From Mobula hypostoma (lineage: Eukaryota), in the NCBI RefSeq assembly GCF_963921235.1, contig NC_086109.1, positions 27,344,001 through 27,408,000 of the forward strand: a stretch of 64,000 nt of DNA, written 5' to 3'. Below the pieces are notes generated by a model. The model was not told the origin of the DNA and searched no databases. It saw nothing but the letters and a program-made list of their open reading frames with translations. Numbering within the stretch: position 1 is the stretch's first letter; every line of letters begins with the position of its first letter. Both the position numbers and the translations under genes were made by a program. Of this stretch, positions 13,288 through 26,867 are shown piece after piece.

Positions 13288-13645
13288 TCATCATTACGTT
13301 CCATGCCCTACCAGGTGGGCAACCGTGGTCTCCATGACCCTAACTGTTCTACACAGCAATTTGCTATGGCCTTCTTCTGGGCAGTGTGTTTACAAGTTGG
13401 GTGACCCCAGCCATTATCAATACTCTTCGAGATTGTCTGCCTGGTGTCAGTGGTTGTATAACCAGGACTTGTGATATGCACCAACTGTTCATACGACCAT
13501 CCACTACCTGCTCCCATGGCTTAATATAACCCCAATCGGGGGCTAAGCAGGTGCTACACTTTGCCCAAGGGTGACCTGCAGGCTAGCAGAGGAAAGGAGC
13601 ACCTTACACCTCCTATGGTAGAGATGCATCTCCAAATCACCATCC
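13288..13645 (-). mobile_element. RTE-related SINE or non-autonomous element
   Basis: Minus strand carries CCCAGAAGAAGGCCATAGCAAA, resembling the RTE/Bov-A GAAGGCAATGGCAAACCAC motif, and an (ATG)n-like tail. Confidence 0.55.
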
Positions 13646-14139
13646 AGAGGTTTGGTACAATATCAACAAAGACTGGGTTTTCCTTCTTCGGGAATGCACC
13701 AATAGCGTGGCATTAATCATATGCCTGAAAGTGGTCCGTAATGGGGTTGGCATGGGTAAAGACACACCCAACCCTGAGACACCAGGCAAGGTAATTTGAT
13801 TCCAAACTGTTGCTTTATTGACCATTACCGAAGGTTTCTCTGGTGCTTCTCACTCCTTCTTCTCTCTCTTCCCCTTTTCCCAACCATGTTTCCTCTCTCC
13901 CTTCTCCCTTCCCACTCTCAGTCCAGAATAGAAAGACATATCAGAATCAGGTTTTTCATCACTCACAGATGTCATGAAATTTATTTTTTTTTGTGGTTGA
14001 AGTGCAGTGCAACACATAAAATTACTACAGTACTGTGCAAAAGCCTGAGGTACCCTCGCACACACTCTCTCTCTCTCTCTCTCTCTCTCTGCCCAACTGC
14101 ACCCCTGTGAGCAATTAACCTACTAACCTGTTTGTCTTT

Positions 14140-14448
14140 GTGTGGCGCGTGGCCAAGTGGTTAGGGCGTTGTACTTGCGATCTGAAGGGTGTGGGTTCAA
14201 GCCTCAGCCGAGGCAGTGTGTGTGTATTCTTGAGCAAGGCAATTAACCACACAATGCTCCAGTCTACCCAGCTGAAAATGGGTACTGGCAAAAATGCTGG
14301 GGGTTAACCTTGTGATAGACTGGCGTCCTATCCGGGGGGGGGGGGAGGGGGAGTCTCATACTCTCAGTCGCTTCACGCCATGGAAACCGGCATAAGCACC
14401 GGCCTGATGGGCCACAAGGCTCGTGACAGATTTTAATTTTTAAAATTT
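14140..14448 (+). mobile_element. Young tRNA-derived SINE with TSD, nested in an older antisense SINE
   Basis: Box A TGGCCAAGTGG, box B GGTTCAAGCC; TSD TAACCTGTTTGTCTTT (14124-14139) and TAATCTGTTTGTCTTT (14449-14464). Confidence 0.9.
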
Positions 14449-16454
14449 TAATCTGTTTGTCTTTAGAATGTGGGAGGATATCAGAGCAGCCCAAGGAAAC
14501 CCATGTGGCTGTGGAAAGATTATAGAAATCCCTTCCAGACAGCAGTGGAAATTGAACCTGGGTTTCTGGTGCTGTAATAGCATTACGCTATCTGCTATGC
14601 AACTGTATAATATCCACTGCTGCTGTAATTGTTGATTAATGCTGCATAAATAATGGGCAATCACATAATGGCTGTATAAAATCAGTCTTAAAATACAATT
14701 ATCCTAATCATTAAAAATAATTTAAGATACCTAATTACAGAAACAAAAGCAGTTCATAAACACAAGAGATGTCCCAAAATAATCTGCAGTAAATCCAAAT
14801 GGGCATCTATAAGCAATTTGACACGTGCTCTGATTTACGCTGTCCCATGAACTTATTTAATAACAATCCTGTTTTGCACTTGCACAGCAGATTTAGATGA
14901 AGAACGTATCTGGTTCAGCCTCCAGCTGTAAAAACGCTTAGTGAAATCTTGTTATAAGCCTAAAACTACATCCTCTCTCCTCATTTGCCTGAATATTATA
15001 TTCTGAAATCACTTTCACTGATCCGTCTACATTTCCTGAACTAAATGACACACATGGTTGTTCTTAGCACATTCTGGTGTACCTTACCCTTAGTTAAGAC
15101 AAGTGCTGATTTGTATTTAATACGTGGTCCTTCCCTTCGTAGCAAATGGATATGGTATGCCTACGAACATTTATCCTGACCGTGAAAGATAATGGGCAAC
15201 AGCTTTGTTTCATTGACTGTAGATTTGAAACCAATTCTGTTTATAACTACCCCTATGGTGTTCAATTATAAGATTTCACTGCCTATAAAATTAGACCAAT
15301 AGTACAGGGCCGCATTGGTCAATAACACTGTCATTAGTTGCCTTAAGACTCGATTTTACTACTTATATGTCTGAGATTAAAAATGAAATAAATTTGTCAA
15401 TATTTGCTGCAGGTAATCAAATAAGGGAAAATTTAATTATTCTACAAACTTGATCAGTGTCTTGAAGGCAAAAGCGGGGCAGTAAGGAAGCACATGATAA
15501 AGAGCTGCAAAGTAATTTCATATTGTTTTGTTGGTGTCTGTCTGCAAGATCAAAGTTCCATACTGCGATATAAATGCATTCATAAGCAGTTTATGAAAAT
15601 GACACATTTTAGGGTGAGAGTTGGGCCGAATCCTTGGGGAGGAAGACATACACTGGTGGGAGATGGTGGTAGTGAGTTCATTGTGAGTTGTGCGGATCCA
15701 GACTGAAATCAGGAGAAGGCAGCTGAAGAATAAATGGTAAGTACTGGACTTACCACAGTGGAATCACACACTGCTGCTGTGCTATGTAGACCCTATTTTA
15801 CCAGGAGTGCTCAGAGATGATCACACCAGGGAAACTGTGACCCTTTGGACCTCTACTTATAGGTTTGTCCACAACAGCCAAAAGGGGAAATGCATGGGGA
15901 CGGCAACATTTTGATGTTCATCTGATGTGGAAATCAGATTAGACATGTAAGTGCAACACATGCCAAGCAGCACAAGGCGAGGTAGCAATGAATGTGCTGG
16001 TAATGGCCATTATTAAGATTCACTCCTAATACTAACAATCATGAAGCATTGAATGAAATAGCTCCATGCAATTTAATTGTTGTCAGAGTCTTCACATAAC
16101 ATATGCTAGTACCAAATGTTCATCTGCTACAAGGTTTCTATGAGACCTTTGATAAAGTACTGCATAGAAAGCAAAAGTACCAGGCCAAGGCATGCAGAGT
16201 GAATAAACAGCAAATGGCTGGCTGGCTAACTAACTGATAGAAAGTGGTGTACAGCGCTAAGGGCTTGAAACTAAATGGAGCCGAAAATGGATTTGACCAG
16301 GTTCCGAGTTGGGGACTATATCTTTTCACTTTTCATATCAACAATTTAGTATTTCTAATGAAAAGGGCAACTTCTAAATTTTCAGATGGCATCAAATTGT
16401 GAGAGACAGTTAACAACAAGGTGGGCTGTAAATGACTGCATGCAGGCTTTGGGC

Positions 16455-16698
16455 CAGCATGGAAGCATAGTGGTTAGCACAACATTTTACAGTACGGGTG
16501 ACCGTGGTTCAACTCCTGCCGCTGCCTTTAAGGCATTCTCCTTGTGACTGCGTGGGTTTCCTCCCACAGTCCAAAGACGTACCAGCTGATTGGTTAGTTG
16601 GTCATTGTAAATTGTCGCGATTGGGCTAGGATTAAATTGGGGGATTGCTGGACGGCGTGTTCCACACTGTACCTCAATAAATAGATAAATAAATAAAT
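16455..16698 (+). mobile_element. tRNA-derived SINE (HE1-like)
   Basis: AGCATAGTGGTTAGCAC, GGTTCAACTCC, GGTTTCCTCCCACAGTCCAAAGAC, (TAAA)n tail. Confidence 0.85.
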
Positions 16699-17029
16699 GT
16701 AGACTTTGATAAACCTGCAGAATAAGCAGATAACTGGCACAAGTATTCCATCACAGGTAAATGTGTTTGATCATTTGCAGCACAGTAAAGTAAGTTACCC
16801 ACTTCTTGAAATAAACAGGTATCTAGATGGTGTACAGGTACAATGCAAGAGGGAATACAAGCACATAATCACAAAATGGCTTCAAACAGGTCAATAAAGC
16901 CATAATATTTCCAGAGGTGAAAAGCAAAGAGGTTATGCTAAACCTGAAATAATTAATGCACAATTCGTAGTCACAGAGGAACACGCCCTTTGACCCACTC
17001 CATCTGTGCAATGGTCAATTGTAATGAAC

Positions 17030-17275
17030 ACTAATCTCACATTAATCTCATTCATTCTCATTATTCCAGCTTCTGTCATTCACTTCCACACTGGAGGCAC
17101 AAATAGTGGCCTGGTAACCTAGCAACCCACACCATCTTTGGGATGTGAGAGGAAACAGGGGCAATCCCATGTGGTCACAGGGAGAACTTGCAAACTCCAT
17201 GCAAAGGGCACCTGAGGGTCAGGGCTGAACTTAGGTCTGAGCCAGTGGTTTCACTACCTTGCCCACTGTGCCACT
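17030..17275 (-). mobile_element. SINE remnant
   Basis: Reverse-strand core TTGGGATGTGAGAGGAAAC...GGTCACAGGGAGAACTTGCAAACTCC. Confidence 0.7.
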
Positions 17276-18777
17276 CGTAGAGCTGCTGTATTATGTGCTG
17301 CAATAAACAGGGGGCACTGAGAGAAAATAAAATAAAATTACAGGACTACACCAGAAATACTCTACCATGAGGGGTAATGAAGGATAATTTTAAATTTTAA
17401 AGAAAGGCTTTAAAATTATGAAAACCTTTGACATGTTGATGCAGAGGATATCCTTCCACCGATGGGAAGAGCAGAATTAGAGGCTATTGAATTAATTAAT
17501 CAGCTTAACATACTGTAAAAGAGAAGATTTAAAGACACATCTCTACCGAGACTACAGTGAGAATACGGAATTCACTATTGTGGAGAGTGGAGCAAGAAAT
17601 CATAGTGATGTATTTTAGGGGGCATATGATACAGATGAGAATAGAATGTTATATTAAAAACATTAGATGAGAAAGTGTGACAAGAGACACAGGTGGGGTA
17701 TCAATGCAGGCCTGAATTGGCTGGGCTTTATTACTGTCTAATCTGCATACATAATTCTATTGTGAAATAAGTCATTGAAGTACAAAGAGAAAGGATAGTA
17801 TTTTTTAATTTGAATTTTCTCTCAGAATTCTGCCAGGATGTAATGACTACATAGTGAATGATTAGACTGTATGTTGCATAGGTTAAATTTTAAATAGAAT
17901 ATTTAAAACGAACTTGCACAGTGAGAATTGCACTAAACTGTGACACAATGATGTCTTAAATACACTGTTGAAATCACCTCAGTTGCATGAAAGCCTTCTT
18001 TTCCTTATTGGGCATTTAATACCTCAATGCACCTTAGAATTTGTGGCCTGTGTTTTGACAGTAATAGGTCACTAAAGCAAAATTCATCTTTGTTATTCAA
18101 AGAAATTCTTGGTCTGTCACATTTTGATGTTTGCAGATGAAATTAGTTCTACCAATACATCTCTGCTTTTGCCAATTTGCCTGGTGTTGTCAGGAAGAAA
18201 AAAATAACATGACATGAAGTAACACTGATGGCAAAGCAGTAACAGAGAAAAAAATTGATTATCAAGATCAAAGGGAGAAAAATGCTTATTGAATCACCTT
18301 ATCTTTTGATTGATGGTAAAGCTTAAAAAGCAAGTGGGAAAAAATGAACATTTTAGTGTGTTCACTAAAGGCTCAGCAATGCACATTACAGATGTCAACT
18401 AAAATAATTTTTAGTAGAACCATATGGATTTTTATTTATTTGTGCGATATGGGTCCTCTTAACAAAGTCAGCATTCATTTACCTTCCCTAACTACCCACA
18501 AGAAGTTCATGGCAAAACACCAAAACTACTCAAACCTTTGCAGTCTTTCTGGTGAAAGCTCTCCTACAGTACTGTTGGACAATTTTCTAGGAATTATACT
18601 TTGTGTTTACAAAAGATCTGCAATAATACAGATTTATAATAATGATTTTCAGTTCTCTTATATTTACATGTTGCATGATCCACAACCTAAATAAAGACTG
18701 CAGAAGGCATTCAAAATGTATCGATGCAAATATATGAAACTGAGAAATAATTGTTATGATCAAATGTGTGTATTAAA

Positions 18778-19480
18778 AAAACTGCAGATGTAGGATATCT
18801 GAAAATAAAACAGAAAATGCTGCAAACATTCAGCAGGTCGGGCGGCATCTGTGGAAAGAAAGACAGTGTTAATATTTCAGATTAAAGGTCCTATATCAGA
18901 AGTGGGATAGCGACAAAACTTGTTCATTTTATGTTTGTAGAGAAAGTAAGGGAGAGGTTGACAGGGCAAAGGGAAGATCTCTAATAGTGAGAAGCCAGAG
19001 TTGTCATGCAGATTAAATAAGGAGGGCATTTGGTCAAAGGGTTGATGGGAGGAGGCAGGTAAAAGGAGAAAGAATGGAGCAATAGCAATGAGATGTGGCC
19101 ACTTAGACTTGGAGAATAAGTAATGTGAAAAGATACAAAAAGCAGCTTTGTAGGAAAAAGAACATAAAACTAAGACAATATTTCGAAAGATGAGTTACAG
19201 CAAAAAAAGGTCAGTTTCAATAATAATTTATAACTTCAGGTGACTGGCTTTATGTCTGAAAATATGAATTACCTGAAGTTGTATACTTCTACCTTGAGCT
19301 TGGAAGGCTGCAACATACCCATCGGAAGATGAAGTGCTTGTCTTCAAGTATACTTTAGGCAATAATATAACCATGCAAATGGATAGGTCAGAAGGGAGGT
19401 AGGATAAGAACTAAGAAGTCAGGGTACAACGTACTCTGAGTTGCCCCTGCAGACTGAATGCAAATGCTCCTCTGGAATTT
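18778..19480 (-). mobile_element. Old PLE 3' fragment
   Basis: CTGCAGATGTAGGATATCTGAAAATAAAACAGAAAATGCTGCAAACATTCAGCAGGTC tail; eroded GIY-YIG C-terminal DNA at about 19270-19470. Confidence 0.65.
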
Positions 19481-22400
19481 ATAAACGGCAGTGATAGAAA
19501 GTCATCAAGATCTTTCAAATATCCAGGAGGTCAATTTGATTTATCTATGATGACACTAGACAAGCATAATACTGGAAAAGAGCAATGCAACTAATGAGAG
19601 AAAGGAGAATTCCAGTGAGGATGAAATGGGATGGAAGAGGTGTTTATCTGTGCTGGAGGACCATTGGTTTTATGTTAATGGCCGGGATTGGAATTATTCA
19701 AAGATATTACCAAAGAATTGAAAAGTGGATGAGAGGCAAGTGAGAGGATAGAAGTCACCCACACCAAAAGGTGTTAAAACACTAAGAAGGCATTGTCTGA
19801 AGTTGTGGAGTGGGTGGAGAAATCAAAGAGGAAAATTTGATGGCATGTAGTAACTAAGCAAGGACTAATCTCCTGAGCCAGATTTAATTCAATAGAGATA
19901 GAGGATTATTTTATGATTTTTTCCCTCAAATTCCCCAGGGTTTGATGGCACTGCTATATAGTCAAATTGTTTTGGAAAAGAACAGGTTTTGTAGCTGTAT
20001 GGAACTGGATGGATGAGCCAGAGAGTCCTTTGCTGTCCTTCATTGCCCATGGGTTTTGAACACAGCAGGACTGCAGTGAGGAAGGTAATACACAAGATTT
20101 GGAGGACAAAAATGGCAGCCATTTACTCTATTAAAGGGAAGTAGTAAAGCCTTATATGAGAAAACAATTCTTTCCTGCTATTGCTAATGATGACATTGGG
20201 TTTATCATGGAATCCTGTTTGAGACTTGTTTAGCAAATAAATACAAACGCTCTCAAAGTCAAAGTCATGTCTATCCACACTCTCAGGCAGCTTGCCTCAG
20301 GATCCCTGCAGCCTGTCACTGCTGATGTAAATCATATATGACACTTTTCTGTTTACACTTGCACTGTGAAAGTCAGGAAACCATCCATCAACAAAGTGGG
20401 GAACCTTTCATTTTCGATAAATGTAACCTTTGCATGGCAGCTGGAGGGGCTATGGGTGCATTACATGGCTTCCAAAAGTGCAGGCATTCGTAGAAGGTGA
20501 TTATACCATTGTATACACATTCCAGACAACTTTCTACCACGTGCAAAAAAAAACACTTCTGGAAGAACTCAGCAGGTAGAGAAGCACAGGTGGGGATGAG
20601 AAGATGGTTGATGGTTTGGGATACAACATCTTTGCTCTCTTTCTAACATCTGCCTTTTGCACAAGGAGGATGTAGTCTTTGTGCACTATTCTTCAGATTC
20701 CTGTGGGAATCCCCTTTCTCCCCTGGGAGGATGCTGCTAACCCTCTCCCACTCTACTAATTTTGACATTGCACAGGTGCTAGTGTATTATGGTTAACACT
20801 TTAGATTAAGCTAGATTAGGTCTGAGATTAAATCTGTGCGAAAAATAACTACCGACATTAGAGCTTACATACTCACTCTTTCTGAAACCGTTTAAGTGGT
20901 ATGTGAGGGAAACTTAGAGAACTGTTTAGCACTTGTGCAAATTATGTTTTCAAATTTCATAAGGCTACTTGAAACCACATCAGGAAGAAATTTAACCCCA
21001 GAGTAATGCTGCAGACAAATTTCTAAAACCACAATTTTTCAATCTAAGAATTTTCAAAAAAGTAAAAAAAACTGAATTTAAAACACAGAGGTGAAGACAA
21101 CCTGTATTTGAGGATAGTCATGTTTCAGGTAACATTTTGAATGCACAGACATGTAATGATACGGAGCATTTTGACTACTAAACAAGCGAAAGTTTAAATG
21201 GAAAAAGGGTTGCAAAGCAGCAAGGTTTAAAGGCTCATGCCATTAAGAATATAATTGCTTATTCACTGCATTTGTGCATTGGTATTTTTCTCTATTGTTG
21301 ACATTTTTAATTATGTTGATGGATAATCATGGTGAGTTTTCCTGAAAGCGTTTAAGGAAATGGCATTCACCTTAAATTGATTGAGTGACCCAGTCTTGCT
21401 ACTTTTGACAAGTCCCATTGGAGTCGCTGCCTGTGTTATTAAAACAACCTCATTAATATACAGGAATACACAGTTGACTATTGGTTTTTAAAGAAATCAA
21501 AACACATTTAATTCTCAATCTTAGTCACTTTACCTGGGTACATTCAACTTTAAACAAGGCATCGTATGATTACAAAACATTTTTGAACTTTATAAGTGTT
21601 AAGTTGCTGTGTTGCAAAATTCTCAGTTATTTTTGTTGCATTTGCCTGTAGATCGTGTTCTTTCTGATTATGGCTACAGTTACTACTACACAACCAAGAA
21701 TATTTTGATCAAAAGACATTTGACGTTGGTAGTCAAGTCTTTTAACTCTAGTCCAACAATTTATATCTACTGGCCTGGAAAAGGTTGCTAAGAAACATGA
21801 AGAACACAGTAGCAAGGGGCGATGGGGCTGAAGAAACAAAAAGAAATTACATACAGAGGGATAGAAACACACATAAATAAACAAATCTAATGTTACATTA
21901 GAATCAACTAACAATTAACAAAAGCTGCACACAGCAAAGTAAGAAGATGTTGATAAAAAGCACATTATATTACTGTTATATAGATTTTTTAATTAAAAGT
22001 GAAATGGATGTCAGTCCTTCTGCACTAGTGTCTCTTGAAACCCTGAAAGGAATTCTTATTTAAAAATCTACTCAGGCTTTGAATGTGCCTGAAATCTGGA
22101 AAATGAACATCATTTACCAAGTTATTATCATGCCCATACTGTGTCTGATATTAACTTTTTGTTAAGTACCTAAACCTTTTGTTTAGCAGAGGAGCTGAGA
22201 GATTTCCAAAATAAAACATAGTTTACTATTAAGAATTTGGCTACATATCCAGATAAAGGCATTGTTAACAGTTACAAAGGTTTCATACTGTTTTACCATA
22301 CTTTTTTCTGGAGTTAGGTATTTCACAATGGTTTGCACAATAAAAAGCTAATAAATGAGATCCTGGCCTGGTAACTGAGACATTTAACCACCGTATCTAA

Positions 22401-22558
22401 TGGTCCCTGATGAAGTGGAGACTGTGGAATAGGTGATATTGAATATCCTTACCCTGATTTCAATCTTGAGGTACCCCGATCATGTCTTATGAGGGGTTAC
22501 AGCTGAAAACAGTTAGTATTATAATGAAAGTAGTCATCCTCAGAAAATAAATAATATA

Positions 22559-23013
22559 AATTGCTACCTTGCCAGTGGCTCTCTCAATATTGTCTCCCAT
22601 TCATACTCCAAATATGGGGGGGCGGGGGTGAGGAAGGAATTTAAATTAACAAAACTAGAGCTTACATTGTGCGAAGTCACACTTTTTAACAATGGCTTCG
22701 TCTACAGATCTAGATAATTTCTGGGAGTGCCTAGTCTCAAGCATTCTAGTATCTTATAGAGAGCTGTTGGGCATTGCTAGGAATCTTAATTTGTTACCTT
22801 GCGAGTGACTGTCTCAGAATCATCTCCTATTCATTCTCGAAAATATGGGAGATTAGGAAGGAATTTTAAATTAACGAGAATAGAGTTTACATTGTGCAAA
22901 GTAACACTTTTAAACAATGGCTTCATTTACAGATCTAGATAGCCTCTGGAAGTGTCTAGTCTCATACACTGTAGTATCTTGCAGAGAAATGAAGGTGCCC
23001 TGCTAAAATTCTT
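22559..23013 (+). repeat. Two-copy tandem duplication, unit about 230 bp
   Basis: TTG.TACCTTGC..AGTG...AGGAAGGAATTT.AAATTAAC...TTACATTGTGC.AAGT.ACAC...AACAATGGCTTC...TACAGATCTAGATA occurs twice. Confidence 0.9.
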
Positions 23014-23044
23014 GGAGAGATACTCATCAATTTCTTCCAAGAGA

Positions 23045-23445
23045 ACCACAACCTTGTTGAGGTTTGCAGTCTGGCGTCCCTCAATGAGTTGGAGAGCTAT
23101 GCTGGCTGGAGTCAGGGATTTGTGCTTTGGCTCTTGGTAGGGCCACCCATGCCAAACAGGTCAAAGAGCAGAGGCCAAAGTATGAGTGATCCACCGATCA
23201 TCCATGTTCGGGGGTTCAGCTTAGGGTTAGCAACTGGTCAAACTAAACTGCTACGGAATCAGCAATGAAGAATTCGTCTACATCGGTATGCAACGGTATT
23301 CCTGAGTCTCTACCTGGGACTTGCATGACTGACAGTAAACCAAGAGGAAGCTATGACATAATGAGGAAGCTGTGAACACTGTCAAAGATAGAGGATCTTC
23401 ATTACTGCACTAAGTGGCAGCGCCATAATGGGCAAAAAAAAAAAA
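23045..23445 (+). mobile_element. RTE/Rex3-like 5'UTR-derived non-autonomous element
   Basis: GAGAGCTATGCTGGC...GGTAGGGCCACCCATGCCAAACAGGTCAAAG resembles RTE 5' ends; poly-A at 23434-23447. Confidence 0.5.
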
Positions 23446-24204
23446 ATCCATCTCTATATCTTGCAATGGTAATAAGTATAACCTCAATGGGGATGAAATT
23501 CATTTGGAATGACAGCACTCAGCAGATAATTGTAAACTTCCTTGGAAAAGAAACTGTAAACTTCCTTGGTAGACTTCCTTGGAAAATAAATTTGGACAGG
23601 GTGCAAAGTAAGATGCTAATTTGTTATTATCAACCAATTCTAGATTTACCTGCCAAAATGGATGGATGCCTTGTGAGCCAAAATCTAATCTAAGACTATC
23701 ACTCAAAAATAACATCACCTCACTGTAATTGAAAATACTTTAATACTTACATAGTGATAAGTATGTTTCAAAGAAACATAAGATCAGAAGGGAATGACAG
23801 AGTGAAGAGAATTTACCTTGAGTCATGGATCTGACACAAAGGAGCTGTCAACAATCATTCTCCCTGACTATGTTTGGGTACGTTGGAAAATTTGGGCACA
23901 GCAGCTTTAGAGTATTGGGCAGTTATTTGAGAAGAAAGCTCAGTTTTCTTTGTACAGACAAATGTACAAGTCATCAGGCATATCCATTTTTTTCTTTATA
24001 AGCAAATACAAAGTTTGCTGTCAACCTTACTACAGGGCTCTTTCATGACACTTCTATAAGCATCACATCCAAGTCTTCAAATACTTTATTCTGCTAAATT
24101 AAGAAAGATAGTCCACTTTTTTGGGGACAAAGGTATTCATTATTTATTATTATGTATATATATGTCAACTGAATTAAATGAAACCAATCAAAACAGTATT
24201 TCTG

Positions 24205-24335
24205 CAAACACAAGGAAATCTGCAGATGCTGGAAATTCAGGCAACACACACAAAATGCTGGTGGAACGCAGCAGGCCAGACAGCATCCATAGGAAGAAGC
24301 ACAGTTGGCGTTTCGGGCTGAGACCCTTCGTCAGG
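24205..24335 (-). mobile_element. PLE pLTR tail with hammerhead-like motif
   Basis: Minus strand reads CCTGACGAAGGGTCTCAGCCCGAAACGCCAACTGT, then the tail; near-identical to the arm of 62197-62427. Confidence 0.9.
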
Positions 24336-25099
24336 CACTTGTCAGAAATACATAGGGAAATTTCAATTCCAGGCCACAGAGAGGTACTACAGTCACATTC
24401 CATGATCACACTGTGATCTAAGAAGTCAAAAAGAGGTGCAAGTCAACTCCCATGGAGAAAAGATGGCTTAAAAGAGAATGACTACTGAACCAGGGAAATT
24501 ATAGACCTGATTTCATGCTGATCGTTCTGCAAGATGTTCGCAAATTGATAGAGGAAAATAAGATGAAGGTACATCTATGGTGCACAGTAGTGGTGGACAT
24601 CCAGACAGGAATTGGATTAACTTATGAACCATTCTGTCATTGGAATATGGGAAGAAACCCTGTGTATCTTTTGGCAGCACACACAGTTCCACTGTCAGTT
24701 AAGTGCATCCACTGAGGTGAAGGGCACTTATAAAAGGGGACATTGTAGCCTGAGCTGAAAACATGATCGTTTCCATCAGAAATTGTTTCTTCATATCACC
24801 AGTGTTTCAAACCAAAAAAAAATTATAATGCCATAACTTCAGCAGACTTTTAGTCCACTAACCAACCAAAAGTTGCAACAAAATATGCATAGGCAAAGGC
24901 TCAGATTAGTGCCAACTTTTGTTGTAAATCTTACTATCGGGCTCTCTACTAATGCTTCCACGTACAGCTCAAATGGAGATCTTAACTGAGCAGTAGTAAC
25001 TGAGAATTATGCCAGTGCAAGGACTTGAAAATGCTAAATGACATTTTCAATTCCTGTTTTAATATAAGCTAGAAATCTGCAGGTACTCAAGGCATGAGG

Positions 25100-25530
25100 A
25101 ACAGACTGATTATTCCATGCATAAGTATATTGAGGTAATACAAAGGTAATAAACAGAATGCAGAAACTAGTATTAGAATTACAGAGAAAGTGCAGTGCAG
25201 GTAGACATATAAAGTGCATGGGCTGTTGCAAGATTGATTGAAAGACCAAGCGTTCACCTTTAAGAGATTTATTCAAGAGTCTTATAACAGCAAGGAAGAA
25301 ATTGTCCTTGATTCTAGTGATACAAGTTCTCAATTTTTGTATCTTCTGCCTGATCGGGCATGGGGGGCATTGGAGGTAATAATGAGAGAATAACCAAGGT
25401 ATGAGGGGTCCTTGATTATGTTAGCTGTTTTCCCAAGTTAGTGGGAAGCGTAGACAGACTCAGAGGAGGGACGGTTGGTTTTCATGATGGACAACTGTGT
25501 GCATTCCTCTGCAATTACTTGCAGTCTTGA
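25100..25530 (-). mobile_element. Rex1/Babar LINE 3' fragment
   Basis: MRTCITRIKDNFFLAVIRLLN (ORF 25034-25333). Confidence 0.75.
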
Positions 25531-26689
25531 AGAAGATACCAGGAAGAATAAATGACATTAGAACATTTAGAATAATGTAGACCAATTCAAGCATTTAACT
25601 TAATGTTCATTGCTAACTACAGTATGTTTGCAGGGGCTTGTAATGTTTATATTTTTAATCTGCTCTGTCTTCAAGTCTGTGCCTCTCAGTGTGGATTAGC
25701 CAGGTCAAAGCTAAGAAACGGGACAAAATGACTGAAGGAATTTACTTGTCATTGGGTAAAAGAGGTGGGTTATAATCCAGACTACAATTTCAATCCAAGA
25801 GCTAAAGCCTTTCAGCAAGATGTTCTTTGTTCTAAACCAAACAATTACTATTAATATAGGTGACTAGTTAATAGAATAGTTAATATAAATGAATAAATCA
25901 TGTATAATTCTTCACTATGATATGGTAAGTGATATGTATTTCTCCCACATGAGAAGATACAATAATGAAATAAGGAATCGGACAATTTCCTACATTACCA
26001 GTAAAATCATAAGCTTAATAACAAGTAGATCAAATTATTTTTGAATGAATAAATCAAAGTATATGTATATCATGTTGATAAACGTGCCATTAGTCAAACA
26101 TACTGTGAAAGAAAATGATTGTTATTCCTATTAATAAGATGGAAATTTGAAGAAATATCACTCAACATGAACTGTTTCAATCCCTTCATCTTCCTGTAAG
26201 GATGACCTAGAACTGTCACATACAATTATCTGCAATGAACAGTCTCAATGCCTATATAAGGATTGGAAAACTGACAGTGAGAAGAATCAAAGAATTATCA
26301 AATCACATCACATGGTAATCAATACCATACAGGTGGTCTTGGCCTACTCTGAATGCATCACAAACATATGGATAATTTTGAATAAAATAAATAATATTTA
26401 AAATATCAGACATTTGACATAAGCTCTTTGGGTTTAAGATTTTTAATATAATTTATATTAAAATATTGTGAGAGGCCACATTTGAAGGAGAACATGGGAA
26501 CTCTGAAGTAGATTGGCCATTTTTATCCCTCATAATACAGCTAAAAGTTATTTTAGGATTATCACTTCATCTGTCACTGTGCAACAGTGCTACAGGGCAG
26601 GTTGTCCCATTCTTACATTGTAACAGCAACTGTGCTGCAAAATTGCTTCATTGTTTTACTGGTCATAACCATCCCTGATGCCTCTCCCA

Positions 26690-26865
26690 CCTTTATCTAC
26701 CATATCTACCTGTCTCCATTTCTTTAGATAGGTAGTCTAATGATATCTTCTATAATCCTATTGACTCTTACAGCTATCTTGACTGTACCTCTCCCCGCCC
26801 CATCATCTTATCAGTTTTGTGAGTGTGTTGCTCCGGATTTCCAGCTTCTGCAGGATTTCTTGTGC
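26690..26865 (+). mobile_element. PLE pLTR remnant
   Basis: TTTTGTGAGTGTGTTGCTCCGGATTTCCAGCTTCTGCAGGATTTCTTGTG tail. Confidence 0.65.
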
Positions 26866-26867
26866 TT

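Larger units (their letters stand above)
16130..17620 (+). mobile_element. Old CR1-like LINE RT remnants interrupted by SINEs
   Basis: AFDKVLH-like (CCTTTGATAAAGTACTGCAT) and SKFSDG (ADD-region) remnants; CR1 3' pieces at 17400-17620. Confidence 0.55.

Noticed and set aside
13520..13645. HDV-like ribozyme at the 5' end of the RTE-related element
   Set aside because: Plausible for RTE-type elements, but I could not build the double pseudoknot by eye; needs a covariance or descriptor search.
14141..14212. tRNA gene
   Set aside because: It is a SINE head: followed by a SINE body and flanked by a TSD.
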